From Octopus sinensis (Eukaryota), in contig NC_043016.1 in the NCBI RefSeq assembly GCF_006345805.1, positions 15,562,001 through 15,626,000 on the forward strand: a stretch of 64,000 bases of DNA, in the 5' to 3' direction. The notes beneath the pieces are model-generated. The model was not told the origin of the DNA. It saw only the letters and a list, made by a program, of their open reading frames with translations, and did not search any database. The translations under genes and the position numbers were made by a program. Below, piece by piece: positions 39,466-53,039 of the stretch (its first letter is position 1; each line of letters begins with the position of its first letter).

Positions 39466-40059
39466 GCAAATCCATGATAAAGAAAAACACAGGAAGAAAT
39501 GTCAAAAATCAATTCGACATAAACAGTGAATACAATATGTTCACTCCGTGTGTATAATTGGTTGATGTTCAGTGAAAGTTCTAGAAGGAACAAAGGTAGA
39601 AATACAAATGATGTTTGGGCAGGGCTCAAGAAAATCCGGGGTGGATTAAAAGGAGGAAGAAACAGACACCTCGGAGAAAAGCACGTGTTTCGTTACATGG
39701 CCAAAAAATAACTACATATATACACTCACACACACACATACATACATACAGACAGACAGACAGACAAATACCTATACCTGTTTTAGATGTGTTCATGAAC
39801 AAAAGCGTTGCATCATGCAAAAAACCGTATTCTTTGTGTGTATAAAGCGTAAAATTTAACATTCTCACAAAATAGAACAAAGTGCAAATTTTCCTTGCCA
39901 ACCAGGTTACAGCTGGATCCTGTTATTAAAATATTATTATATATACCAAACATTGTATTGAAGACACACTGAGATTACATATCTGATTTGGACCACCACG
40001 AGCTGCAGTTAAGTTCTGATCTTTGTGGATCTTAAAATGTCTTTGATTTGCAGACCTTA

Positions 40060-40620
40060 TGGCACACACGACATCGAAAGGTGTACACAGATATATAAGC
40101 AGGGTAGTTGGTGGAGGTTCGTTTTTCATGGGTCCACAAATGAGATTTGAACCCAGCAAAAGACATATCTGTCACAAACTGCACACAAAAAGGTCACTGA
40201 GGTTCACCTTCTCGATTGCAATATTCTTTAAATCTCTCTTGAGTCTCGCATGTGTCATTCTGGCCTCCTAAATGCTTTCATTCCACTCCACACTTTTGTT
40301 CGCCATTCAGCTCGATCTCAAGCAAGGGTTTCTATGCCCTTTGGATCCATTCCAAATGACTTCATGATAGTCCTTATGCCATCCTTAAACCGCTTTTTTA
40401 GGTTTACACCGATTGCATTTCCCTCTGCAAACTCACAATAAAACAGCAGTTTCAGTGTGCATTTATCTGCCACTCGAACAATATGGCCAGACCATTTTTC
40501 AGAATCATTTATTTAATTGAAGTGATGCCTGCAGATCTAAAGAAATATGTGTCTGGAGTAAAAGAAAACAGCCCCTTTTAATGTTTAAAATACAGTAAAA
40601 GCATTTTTGGTGGAATCATT
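40060..40620 (-). mobile_element. RTE LINE C-terminal fragment
   Basis: WSGHIVRVADK..KLLFYCEFAEG...KKRFKD...DRAEWR, then a frameshifted FVCSLC...GFKSHLWTH C2H2-like end. Confidence 0.75.
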
Positions 40621-40669
40621 CTAACAATTTGAAATGTCTTTCATAACACAAGCGATTTGTAAAGAGCTA

Positions 40670-40992
40670 TGCATACATGCATGCATTCATACATACATAC
40701 ATACATACATACATGCACATATATAAATACATAAACACACACATATTACATACACACAGATATACACACACATACATACACACATACACACACATGCATA
40801 CATGCACAGAGACACACACACAATACATACACACACGACAACATGCACACATACATACATACATACATACATACACACACATACACACATACATATACAC
40901 ACATATACACATATACACACATATACACTTACATATACATACATACATACACGCACATACAAACACAAACACACACACGCACACACACACAC
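40670..40992. repeat. (CATA)n/(CA)n compound microsatellite
   Basis: Direct inspection. Confidence 0.95.
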
Positions 40993-41502
40993 TATGACTC
41001 TATTCCCCACTCATGACTGCTGAAGTGTTCCCATTTGGCAAAATTGCTTAATTGTTGCCATTAAGAGGTTCGCAAAGAACTGGGTCACAATCCTCACACT
41101 TAGAACAGAGAGTAGAATGATCGTCTCCATAGCCATAAATATTTCAAATGGAATATTCCAAGGAGATAGTCTCTCGCTGTACTTCTGTTTATTTCAGCGT
41201 TAAATCCATTATCACTAATGCTACAAAAAATAAAGGGCTACTTGATAGGGTCTGCAACTGCATGAGATATTAATGCAACTCATAATTTCTTCATGGAGGA
41301 CCTCAAGATTTATGCTAAAAGTTAACAATGCCAAAAATCAACTGGAATTAATGACATTTTCATCTTACATACAAATGGAATTTGACGAGAAGAAATGTTC
41401 TTATTTGATTGTTGAACGAGGAAAATCAGTCCCCCATACACAAAACCTGTGCATCAATGGTCTCACTATCTCTCCCGTCTCACACAAAGAATGCTACAAG
41501 TA

Positions 41503-41771
41503 ATAATAATAATAATAATAATAATTGTGTACAGTGCTCAGGTGCACTACAACTCATCTAAAGTGTATATATAATCAGGTGTAGTTTCAGCGGATTTCGG
41601 AAAGCATGAGGGCCTTAAAAGATGCAGTGTCATGGCAGTCAACAACTGACGCAGGCAGTTTATTCCATGCTTCAGCAACTCTGAGCGTGAAAAAATGTTT
41701 CCGAAAGTCATGGGAGCTGTATTGTTTTCTGACTTTGTAGGCATGTCCACGTGTGTTAGACACATGGAGAT
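41503..41771 (-). mobile_element. CR1-like LINE 3' end inserted into the R4 ORF
   Basis: (TAA)n tail and sequence matching 42910-43080. Flanked by caagta at 41497-41502 and 41772-41777; removal restores C-Y-K-Y-L-G. Confidence 0.85.
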
Positions 41772-42039
41772 CAAGTACCTTGGCATTGATGAAAATATAT
41801 CATACAAAGGTACCGTGAATAAAGGTAGAGTGACCCAAGAATATTACACCAGATTAAGTAAAATATGGCTATCTGAACTCTCCTCTTATAGCAAGACAGT
41901 ATCCTACAGTGCATTTTCAGTACCAGTGCAGACTCCAATATTTGAGATACTTGACTGGTCTGTAGAAGAAATCCGCTCCAGAGACATGAAAACCCCACAA
42001 GATTCTTATAGCAACTGGAAATCTAAAAAAAAAAAAAAA

Positions 42040-42098
<59 letters not shown>

Positions 42099-42756
42099 TG
42101 ATGATGATGATGATATTAACAGACTCTACCTAAGAAGAGAATTTGGTGATAGGAGCTTGAGATCAGTGCAGAAAGCCTTTGAATGTTGCATAGTCTCTCT
42201 CTCTCTCACACAGCACTTGCAAAACAACAGCAGCAAAAATGAATACATTAACTTAGTGCTGTAAAAGCGAAGAAGACAATACCCTATGTGTTAGAAGTGA
42301 ACTCCTCAAGAAGTTCTGTTGACCTCCCATACAACCCCCAAATCATCCAGACAAGCATACCACAAAGAAGACTTACCAAAAAAAGACCCTGCATGGGTAT
42401 ATTTCTCGTTGACTTGAAGAAGATAGTAATATTGACATGAAGCAAAGCCCTGCTCCATCACATCACACGTCAAAGGTTATGTATTTTCAATTCAAGAACA
42501 GGAAATTGCTACTAAATACCTAATCAACAAAAGAGACCGCGAAGCCATTGGAGTTCCAAGTTGCAACCAAAAATGTAGATTCTGTCATATTTCTGTGTAA
42601 GACATCACACATGTGATTAGCAACTGCCCAAAAATGCCATCGAGGTACTACCTCCCTATGCGACATGACGCTGTCGCAAAAACAATATACAATGCCATTC
42701 AGGTAAAAGACTGTCCTGAAATAAATATAGAGTATCCCCCTATTAATAAATATTTA

Positions 42757-43345
42757 TAATAATAATAATGAAATTATTGTATACAGTGCTCAGGTGCACC
42801 ACAACTTGTCAGAAAGTGCATATAAAATGTATGCAGTAATGTACAAATGTCTGGAAAGCGAATAATGTATGAGTCAGATACATGCTTGCGTGTGTATGGA
42901 GGGGAGGAAATCAGGTGTAGTGTTGGTGAATCTCAGAAAGCATGGAAGTTTTGAAGGATGCAGTACTCCGACAACTAACAACTGATGCCGGTAGTTTGTT
43001 CCATGCTTCAGCAACTCTTAGCGTGAAAAAATGTTTCCGAAAGTCATGGGAGTTGTACTGTTTTCTGACTTTGTAAATATGTCCACGGGTGTTAGATGGG
43101 TGGAGTCTGAAAAGGTGCTCAGAGTTATTGTTTGTAAGATGGTTGATAATTTTAATATTAATCCAGACGATTAATATCCTGAGCAAGATAGGGGTTCCAG
43201 ACCGGTGATGCAAATTCCAGGTGAGGTCTTACCATAGCTATATAAAGCCACAGATAGATAGCCAGAGAGCGGCTCACAAAGGACTTGGTGAGTGATGCCA
43301 AGACACCCTCAGCCTTCTTGACAATTTTAGTGATGTATTTTGTCC
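42757..43345 (-). mobile_element. CR1-like LINE 3' fragment inserted into the R4 element
   Basis: LYIAMVRPHLEFASPVWNP and TRGHIYKVRKQ...RKHFFTLRVAEAWNKLP, with a (TAA)n tail. Confidence 0.88.
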
Positions 43346-43944
43346 ATATCAGCACAAGGAATATTGATGGAACATTCCCATCAAACATCTGTCAAGTGTA
43401 TACATAACAAGCTGGTTATTGTTGTATGGAGCAGACAAGAGAAAATATGTTCCAACATAGAGGTCAGCTGTCCTTCTGATGTGATTACCACTTTGAAAAT
43501 CAAAAAGAAGATTAAACTATGGACAACTGCTTCGAAAACTTCAGCTTCTATATCCAGATTACAAATTTACGTTTATGCCAATAATAATTTAAGCATTTTG
43601 CTTTGTAAGTAATTGCCGAACTGTAAGTCTGGATAAGCTTGGATTTTCAGAAAAAGACATCAACAAACCAACTCACACATTACAAATACAATCTGTAAGC
43701 AGAACAGTAAAACTATGCAAGACTTTTCTCAAGTTCAAAATGTGACATTATTTTCATTATCCACATTCCAAGATGGAGCTTTGTATCTTGAAACCAGCTC
43801 CTTCCTCAGAGGAATAATTTAAATGATTAAATACAGAAAAGACAGGCAGACACACACACACACGTACAGATACACATACACACACACATGCACACACACG
43901 TACATACATACATACATACATACATACATACATACATACATACA

Positions 43945-43976
<32 letters not shown>

Positions 43977-43981
43977 CACAC

Positions 43982-44014
<33 letters not shown>

Positions 44015-45329
44015 AACACATTAGGCCGTTGATTGTAATGGCCGGTCAGAGAGTGACCATTGGTTTCGCACCTATAAAGCGCTTAGCTGTAAAGGCAATT
44101 TGTCGGACTAAAATAGGAAGAGGCAGTTAACCTCTCTACAACCGGAAAGGAGGGAAACGTGGTGGTCACTTAATTTTGTAAATAAAAATTACCAGAATGA
44201 AACTCTGCAGGTAGAGTCTTGTGCGAGTTGCAGTTATCCCCCTTCCATCGGTTTTAGCCACGTCTGCATCGACTTTCGAAGTTGGTAACGTTTTCCTGGT
44301 CGACAAATTCCATATTTACAACAGGAAAGCTTCGTTTTGGGAATTAAAAAAGGTCCCCTAATCAAGTGAAATTTTTAGGATCCTTGCTCTTTCAGCTAAG
44401 AAAAGCTTACATCGTTTCCCCCCGTTGAAATATGGCCCCGGTTCTTCTCGGAGTCTCCTCTTTTAAAAGCCATACGTAGTTGGCCAGGGACGTGATGTTA
44501 TTTGTTATGGGGTACTTTCTGTTTGTCAAAATATCTGTCTGAAGTTTCAGATCTCTGGTGTTTATTAAGGCGGATGGTTTCAGAAGTTTTGTCTGGAAAT
44601 GTACTGACGACTTGTCACCAACTACCATGCTGCAAGACGGAAAGAAGAAAACTAAGATAGCTAAATTATGGTGTTTATAACTATCCGACGAATAATTACA
44701 AAAACAAGAAAATTTTTTTAAATAAATAAAATAAATTATTAATAATAATGTTTTCAAATTTTGGCACAAGGACAGTGATTTTAGGTGAGATATAAGTCAA
44801 TCCTTTTCTAATCTAGGCACAAGCCCCGAAACTTTGGGAAAGAGGCCAGTGTGTAACTGGTACTTAATTTATCGACCCCGAAAGGATGAAAGGCAAAGTT
44901 GACCTTGGCGGAATTTGAACTCAGAACATAAAGACAGACGAAATACCGCTAAGCATTTCGCCCGGCGTGCTAACGTTTCTGCCAGCTCGCTGCCTTGAGA
45001 GACAAGTCAATTACATCGCTTAAAGTGTTCAAGTAACACGTTATCTTATTGACCCCAGGAGGATGAAAAGCAAAGTCAACCGCAGCAGGACTTGAACGCA
45101 GAACATAAAGAACCCGAAGAAATGCAACTAAAGTTTGTCCGACCCAGTAATGATTCTGCCAACTCGCTAAGAGGAATTTGTGATGAACAATGGCACACAT
45201 TGTTATAGAGTGCCACACGTTGGCCTAGGAAGAATAAAAGAAATGGACACAAAAAGTTTTACATCAGAAAGTTTGTCAAAAATTAGGTTTTGAAGCAGGA
45301 AATACATGGTTGGGTAGAAAGAGTAGTTA

Positions 45330-45740
45330 AGTCGGAACAAGCCAGATATTACGATAAGAGACAAGGAAAATCGAATTTGGTCACTGATTGATCTATCACG
45401 TCCATTTGCTACTAGGATAATGAAGAAAGCAGAAGTTGAAAAAATATAACCCCTAAAAATTTTGAGATTTCAAGAATTTGGAATATGAAATCAGTAATGA
45501 TTGCACCGGTGATAATTGGTGCATTAGATGGTTGAAGGAGCTTGGAACAGAATGTCCTGTAAGGGCATCAACAAAAGGTTTGCCTCTCAGGAACAGAGAT
45601 CATCAGAAGGTTTTGGACACTTGATGCCTTAATGGAATCGAGTAGATATTTAAGGTGTCAGGTAGTAATTTGCTACCCACATAAATTCTACTCGGAATAA
45701 GACCAGTCCCGAGTCATAGTGATGATAATAATAATAATCC
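45330..45740 (+). mobile_element. Second REL-type (R4/Dong-like) LINE 3' end
   Basis: RNKPDITIRDKENRIWSLIDLSRP..EKI..EISRIWNMKSVMIAPVIIGAL..QKVCLSGT, followed by (TAA)n at about 45725-45738. Confidence 0.75.
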
Positions 45741-46079
45741 TTTCTACTACAAGCACAAGGCCTGCACTTTCGGGTGTGTGGCCTAGTGGATTACAATAAC
45801 CCCAGTGCTTAACTGGTACTTATTTTATCGATCCTGAAAGGATGAAAGGCAAAGTCAACCTCGGCGGATTTTGAACACAGAACGTACAGGGACGGACGAA
45901 ATGTTGCTAAGCATTTCGCCTGGCGTACAAACGATTCCATCACCTCGCCGTCTTAATAATAACAAGAAAACTCAGACAACACAAACTTCCACCAAGGCAA
46001 CATCAACGTCCTCTCAAACGATTAGCCGGAGATAATTTTTAAAATGAGAATATCTCGACTGCTTTCACAAACGAGAATA

Positions 46080-49000
46080 TTAAAAATGAACCCGACCGCT
46101 CTCAAAAATTAAGTAAACAAAAAACGGGAAAATAATCCAGAACCTGTGTCCGGTACCTGATAGATCCCAATGGTAATCATAAACTGGGAATGTAGGTGTA
46201 CGGACCACGAAATTTTTTTTTTTTACCACGAGAGTTCCGGACCCTAGTAAAGTACTCATTTGCATACAGCCAAACAGAGCTCACATTCACCTTGTCAGGT
46301 TAACAAATGTTGGAATTCAAAATGGCAACCTCCGCAACTTTCACCCACCTTTTCATAAATTCACTGAAGGACACCCTCACTTCCCTTTTCAAGTTTAACT
46401 TGAAAAAGTTAATGAGGGCTTTACCAAAGAGGAATGTCTCTGCCTCATTCCTTTCAGCCTCGCCCACCAGACAACCTCTTTCGCCACAGCCACCAAAGGA
46501 AAACTGCTTTGCTTGCTCGATTAAAAGAGAACGGCGGGGCAATCATCACCATGGACTCAGATGTCAGACGGATCCCTCCCACACGCACCAAAATCTACGG
46601 CATGCCTAAACTGCCATGCAGAGGGAGCTGGAAGCAAACTGACCGCCTGAGCATTGGAACTCGTCCCTTCCACGAGAAAATTAAGAAGAGACGCTCCAAC
46701 TTTATCAAGCAATAACTGGGGCAAGGCACGACGGTCAGACGATAAATAATGCCGGAGGCGATGTAGGCATTCGCCAACTCTGTCCGACCTTTCAACGACA
46801 GCTTCCTCTCGGCCCATTTCTGAGTAAGACTGGACACTCTGTTCGTCACCTCGTCCCAGTTCTTATCCACCTGGTGGTCGGGACCGAACCAAACCCCGAG
46901 CCGTTTGACTGGTCCGTCAGTCCAGCGTCCGACAACCTGTTTCTCCAGGTGCCCACCGACTTCTCGGCATTGATTTTGGCCCCTTCAATTGACTCATATT
47001 CCTATAGAATGGCATCGACTGTCTCCAATTCGGAGGCACCCGACTCCATGACGGTGATGTCGTCTGCGTATGCCGACACTGCCCTCCCGTGTTCCAGTTC
47101 GAAATTGTTCCAACTTCCGCAGCAGTGACTCGAGACCCAGCACGTACAGAAGACGTGACATCGGGCAGCCCTGACGGACCGAACATGCGATGCTAAATGG
47201 TTCCGATAGACGGCTGTTTACTTTGACCACCGAGCAGGTGATACTGTGCATTGCAGCGATCCAGCCTCTGAAAACAGGTCCAAAACCGGCGGCGTTAAGG
47301 ACGGCTTCCAGGTAGCGATGGTCGACTCTATCGAATTCTTTCGATTGATCCCAATTGATCAGGGCCCCCACCGAAGCCAATTTAAGTCCCAGCCCTCTCA
47401 ATGATATATCGCATAAGGTGGAAATTGTCGTGGATAGACCTGTTCGGGAAAGCGCACGTTTGTGCTTCTCCTACCAGACTACCAATAAGCACCAACCTTT
47501 TTGCTAACACCTTGGTCAAAATCTTAAACTCAGTGTTACGGGCCGAAAATTCTCTAGTACGTCCCCCACTGTCGGCGTCCTTCTTCAGTGTCACCACATC
47601 CCGACTAACAGCACTAGGAATTCTCTTGCTCTGTTGCGGTAGATGTCTGCCAAGTGGTAGCCAAACAAATCCATCATGAATACATAGAATTCATAGAGCA
47701 GACCATCTAAACCTGGCGGTTTGCAACTTGTGCAATCACTCATCACCTCTCGTATTTCAGTGGTCGTTATCGACTTTCCGCAGAACCTCGCGTCCGCTGC
47801 CGAGAGCCGCGACAGGCCGTCTAGGTACGAACTAAAGTTTGCTACCTATCGCCCTGCCTAAACAGTTGCACGAAGTGCTACTGAAAAGCCACACATATCT
47901 GCTCAGAACCATGTGGCACGCGCCATCCCGATCCGTCAAAGACATGGTTTCGTTGCCACGTCGCATCTCCACCGTTCAAGTCCATCGGACGGCTATAGTT
48001 CCCTCATGTTTTAGAGCAAGGGTCTTAGCTATGACAACGCATCCTTCGTGTTTCGCCTCAAAGAAATTATCAAGAGCCATTCTCACCGCTAACACGTCAA
48101 TCGCGATGCCTTCACTAATCGCCCCTTCTAGTTTGCTAACTAGTTCTCCCTCTAATATATTCTTTTTTATTGCTACTGCCGCTTAACTAATTTGCTAATC
48201 CGGTCCTTGTAGTCTTTGCGTGCCGAAAGGACACGTTCAATTTTCAGTAACCGGGCCCCTGTCTACGAGTCCTGTCTAAACTGACTGCGCAGATCACAAA
48301 TTTATCGTCTGTGTAGTTGACTAATTTGAATTGTGAACACCCTATGCTACCCCTATCCTCTGACCTAACAAATACTCTGTATAGATACGAGCTGGACGAC
48401 CTGTTGTGGTTGATCCATGTCCACACTGTCACATCAGGGAAATCCAGTCGATACCTATTAGACAGCTGGAAGTTCTTGAGCAGGTTTTCGAAGCTTTTAT
48501 ACCCACTTCTTCTATGTACAAGACCCACACAGTCCTTCCACACGTCCAAAATACTATTCCAGTCCCCCTACTAATATTAAAATGCGAGACGTTCCCAGAA
48601 ATATTACTAGACGCCTGAAGAAATCTGCTCCCGTCAGGGTATACACGGCCACCAATCTAAAGGCACCACCTTCACTGCCATTCACATCTGGGACCACCAA
48701 GCTACCGTCCGGGTCCAAGAAGACTGCTCTTACTTTTAGACCTAAGGATTTTCGGAATAACACTGCTACGCCGCCGCCCGACCCCGACAGACCACAAGAT
48801 GAAAATATCTCGTAGTCTTCGAAAATGGATGCAAGATCATGCTTCCCGGAAATTCTTGTCTCACTAAATGCTGTCACATCTAAATCAAGGGAGCTGAGAG
48901 CGTTGAGCAGGTGACCCTGCTTCCAAACGGAACCAAGGCCCCAAACATTTATACAGCCTATTCTAAGTGTTTCCATTTCACTTAGAGGAAAGAAAACGGA

Positions 49001-50100
49001 GTTACGTACCTTGGTCTTCAAGAATGACTGTTGACAGTCTTCTTTTTATCGAGGGGAAGTAGGGAAGAGTTTTCCTAAAAAAATTTTTTTCTTTTTTTTT
49101 GCGGCGATTGGGGTACTTACTAAACCCTCCAACGTCTGGGAGGAATTTCTGTTTCAAATCCAGGTCGGTACCCGTATCTGTTTGGATTAACACTCTTTCC
49201 CTGGAGTTTTCGGGAGGAGTTCCGCAAAACCTTCTCCATTCGTTACAATATTTTTGTGACGAATGGAGAAGGTTTACTTCCTCAATCAATTCAATGTTGC
49301 TTTTCCGAACAACAGTGAAGTTGATGAAGAAAGTACATACCCGAGATTGTAGCTGTTGGTCATTTTGTTTTTCGGGTGTTTCGTTTTGTTTTCATGTCTT
49401 TTATGGTTGCGAATGTCGTTGTGAAAATGGGTTTGTCTTGTGATGAAGATGTCGACGTTGGTGTTGATTTGTTTTTAAATTGATGTTGTTACGGATTTTG
49501 TTTTTTACTGCCATGTCTTAGGGCCTTCAATTTGGACCGGTCTCTGTTTCATATTCAATTTTTTTTTTTTCTTATCTCTGGCAAAGGCCTTTTGCTGCGA
49601 TGTCAATAGGGACTTTGTTTTTGCGAAGCCGGAGCTGGAGGAAGGAGGCAGATGTGAGGTAAGAGGAGTTGGTATTAACAGTGGAGACCTTCATGTTTTC
49701 GCCACCGCGGGGCAAAATGCTTTGAGGTGGTTTGTATTCTCACACACAAAACACTTCAGTTTTTTCCCTCTATAGAAACTGGCATCTGTTCGCATTCCCT
49801 GAAACAGAAAAAATCGGTAATGCAATTTATTTCCTCTGAAGAAACTAGTATCTGGAATTCCATAAGAATTCCAGTCCTGTTGAGTTGTGGGGTGGACTTC
49901 ATCTTCACAATCTCCCCATCCTCCTCCAGAATAGCTAAAACTCTCGCCAGAACGCGGTGAACTGGCACGTTCTTGACTCGAATTCGAGTCAACCTTTTAT
50001 CCATGTAAAAGGGAATCATCACAAAAGCTTGCAAAGGCGACCTCGACGGAATTGTAATCCAGGATGTAAAAATGTACGAAATAATCTGAAGCATTTTGCC
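46080..50100 (-). mobile_element. Tx1/L1-clade LINE, near full length, degenerate
   Basis: ORF1 remnant (RIRVKNVP). APE endonuclease (LRIGCINVWGL, FSETRI, GGVAVLF). RT (NTEFKILTKVLAKRL, DQSKEFDRVDH, VRQGCPMS, YADD). Then LSLKGR and KLERLF..F.WKG. Confidence 0.88.
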
Positions 50101-51654
50101 AGGCGTGCTAGCGATTCCATCATTCGCTGCAACAGCTTATATTACCTGATTTGATGGAAGGGAGAAAACCTCTTGTTTTCATAGCCAGAATTTGTTTGAT
50201 TAAGTGCAGCCTTTCTGTAAATGGCGAAAACTACATATTTTAAATCAACAGCGTCCCTTCCAAATTAATGGTGGCGGCAGCAATAATGGTTAGACTTTAT
50301 AATCTGTAGTACTTGAAAATTGTCCGTCTGGAACTTTCCTACATACACTCCTTATCTTTGATGACGGAATACCCAGTGTATGGAGATGCTGTCCTATCAC
50401 GTGGATATCCCTGAAACAGCTGTAAGGCATTAATTATGTAACGGCTTTAGTTTGATTGGTAAACATTTACTATGAATTGTCGTTGTGTGGTTATTGTTAT
50501 TAAAACGGCAAGTTGTAAAATGTGTAAGATGAACAATGCATGAAGTTTTAAGAAAATATTTATTTACCGTTACGCTACAATACCTTGCCTCGACGGGCAG
50601 GTTGATAAATCCAAAAGCATGCGAAAGTTAGATGCGGTAGAATGTTTGAGTTTGGGGTCTCTTCGTTGTTTAGTAGTAATCATGGAGACAGATAGAATGA
50701 TGTTGTAAGAGAAAAGAATTCGAGCTAGTGAGAGTGAGAGAGTGTAGGACGTTGTCTTTCTTTTCCCTCTGGCCATGTTGTCTGCCTGCTTCCATGATTC
50801 TAGTGGTCTGTTCACCAACTGATGTTAGCTCTCTCTCAACTCACGAGTTTGTCACGACTGTGACGAAATTGGTTGAGTCGTCGTCACCGGCTGCTAACTA
50901 AACTGATTTTTGCTTGGTATGTGCTGGTTTATATAACTATCCAGAAGGATAGATATATCGTTGAGAACAATAGATTTAGTTGGTGGTCTTGTTATCTATT
51001 CTAGCTTTTGGTGAAGTAGAAGAGGTTAGAAAGGGTCAAGTAGTGAAAACATTATTTCGGCCTAGCTAAAGGCATCTGGAAAATGTAAAACTGCTGTCAG
51101 AGAAAAACCATTGTTCCACCGTGGGAAAAGTTCTGTTGCAGTGTTAATTTAAATTTGGCTTAATGCATGCAAGATTCGCTACAATTACTTCTACTTCTCA
51201 ATTTTAGATTCACCTTACTCTAATTAGATATTCTAAATGACCTAAGATACTCGTCCTGCCTTGGTTTTGTTGTCCATTATCAGTGCCTCAGCATGGCCAC
51301 AGCCTCGGGGCTGAAACATATAAAAGGATAAAAGAATATATATATATATATAAAGTTAATCCAAACAAGAAAACACAGAAAAAAAAGAGAAAAAAAGAGA
51401 AAAAAACACAGCAACGCAGGACGTGGAACAATTAAAGTATTATTGACGCTCAGGAAAGAAGGGAAGGAAGGTTTAACGTTTCGAGCGGAGCTCTTCGTCG
51501 GAAACAAGGAGAAGGAAAGATCCCAAGGAGGGAAGACAGAGGAGAAAATATTTGAGCTGGTGGTGCTTAAGAGATCACATGTTGAAAGAACAGAATTTGA
51601 AGGTAGTTGAAATATGGTTTTATAATGCAAGAGAGTTCCAAAAAAAGGAATGCC

Positions 51655-52385
51655 TGTGTGTGTGTGTGTGTGTGCAAGATGACAAGTGTGTTCGTGCGTG
51701 CGTGTGTGTGTGTGTGTGTGTGTATTTTTGGTGAATAAAGACAATGACAAAGCCAGCTGTCGTGATGACTACTGGCTGTTTGTGTCAAGCCAGGTCAAGC
51801 CGGGTCAAAAAAACAAAGGCTATATGTATCATGCGTGTGTGTTGTTTGTAGTGTGTGTGTGTGTGTGTGCATGTGTGTGTTCGTGTGTGTATGCGTAGAG
51901 TGTGGGTGTGTGGCGAGAAACTGTTTAACCTAGTACGTATCTGCTTGTATGTGCGTGTGTGTGTGTAGGGATGTATATGTGGGTTCATTTGTGTGAGAGT
52001 GTGTGTATGTACGTGTATGTGTGTGCGTGTATGTGTGCGTTTGTATGTGTGCGTTTGTATGTGTTTGTGGGTATGTGTGCGTGCGCGGATAGGTGTATAT
52101 TGTGCATGTATATCTGTCGGTGTGTATGTGAGTTTGTGTGTGTTTGTACGTGTGTATGTGTGTGTGAGTGTATAGTATATATATATGTAAATGTGTGTGT
52201 GTGTGCGTGTGTGTGTACGTGCGTGCGAGTGAATGTATGTATATATGTGTGCGTGTGTGTACAATGTAGGGGCTTATATGTGTGTTTATGTGTGTGTGTA
52301 TGTATGTGTGTATGTGTGTGTATGTGTATGTATGTATGTATATGTATGCGTGTGTGTATGTATGTATGTGTGTATGTGTGTGTAT
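51655..52385. repeat. (TG)n/(TATG)n low-complexity tract
   Basis: Direct inspection. Confidence 0.92.
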
Positions 52386-52772
52386 AATTATTTGAGGGAA
52401 TATTATTCCTAACTTACAGGGAAAAATTCAATCTGGAAATACTAAATCATATTTCACAAAATATAATATATATATATAAAAATTAGAAAGAAAAAACCAC
52501 CTTTTATCAATTCAAAATGAACAATTAAATTACACCATGTACAAAATTACATATAATAGAAATATTAAAAATAAAATAACAATAATATACCGATGATTAA
52601 GTAAATTGCAAAATAATAAATAAAACGTATATATTTGGTTTATACGTTTACCAAATTTTACACATGCATTACCATGCAGTGTCATGGGCCAAAAAAATTT
52701 CCAACTTATTGCCTAATGCGAGCCCAGAGCAATCTCTTATCTCTTACACTATTTCAGTATTATGTGTCAAAA

Positions 52773-52925
52773 GTGAGACAATAACATTTCTATCGTAATG
52801 TGAGATAATACTTTCAGTTTAAATAACATTTCTATCGTAATGTGAGATAATACTTTCAGTTTAATAGTGAAACTATTAAACTGAAAGTATTATCTCACAT
52901 TACGATAGAAATGTTATTGTCTCAC
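52773..52925. repeat. 42-bp tandem duplication plus a perfect 47-bp-arm palindrome
   Basis: Arms 52822-52868 and 52872-52918 around loop GAA. Confidence 0.95.
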
Positions 52926-53039
52926 ATATATATGTATGCATATGCATGCATATATATGTGTACATATATATGTATGTATATATAGAGGCAAATATTGAGT
53001 ACATAAACATTGAAGATGTAATGCTGGCATAGATGGAGT

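Larger units (their letters stand above)
41100..43845 (+). mobile_element. R4/Dong-type (REL endonuclease) non-LTR retrotransposon, 3' half, interrupted
   Basis: GIFQGDSLS, FMEDLKIYAK, YKYLGIDE..RVTQEYYTRLSKIWLSELS, RLYLRRE, QEQEIATKYL, CRFC..DITHVISNC..RHDAVAK (CCHC). After an insertion: EY.WNIPIK..HNK.VIV..IEVSCP.D..YGQLLRKLQLLYPDYKF. Confidence 0.85.

Noticed and set aside
41695-42264. 189-aa ORF with poly-Asn as a novel gene
   Set aside because: It is a chimera of antisense CR1, R4 RT and a microsatellite.
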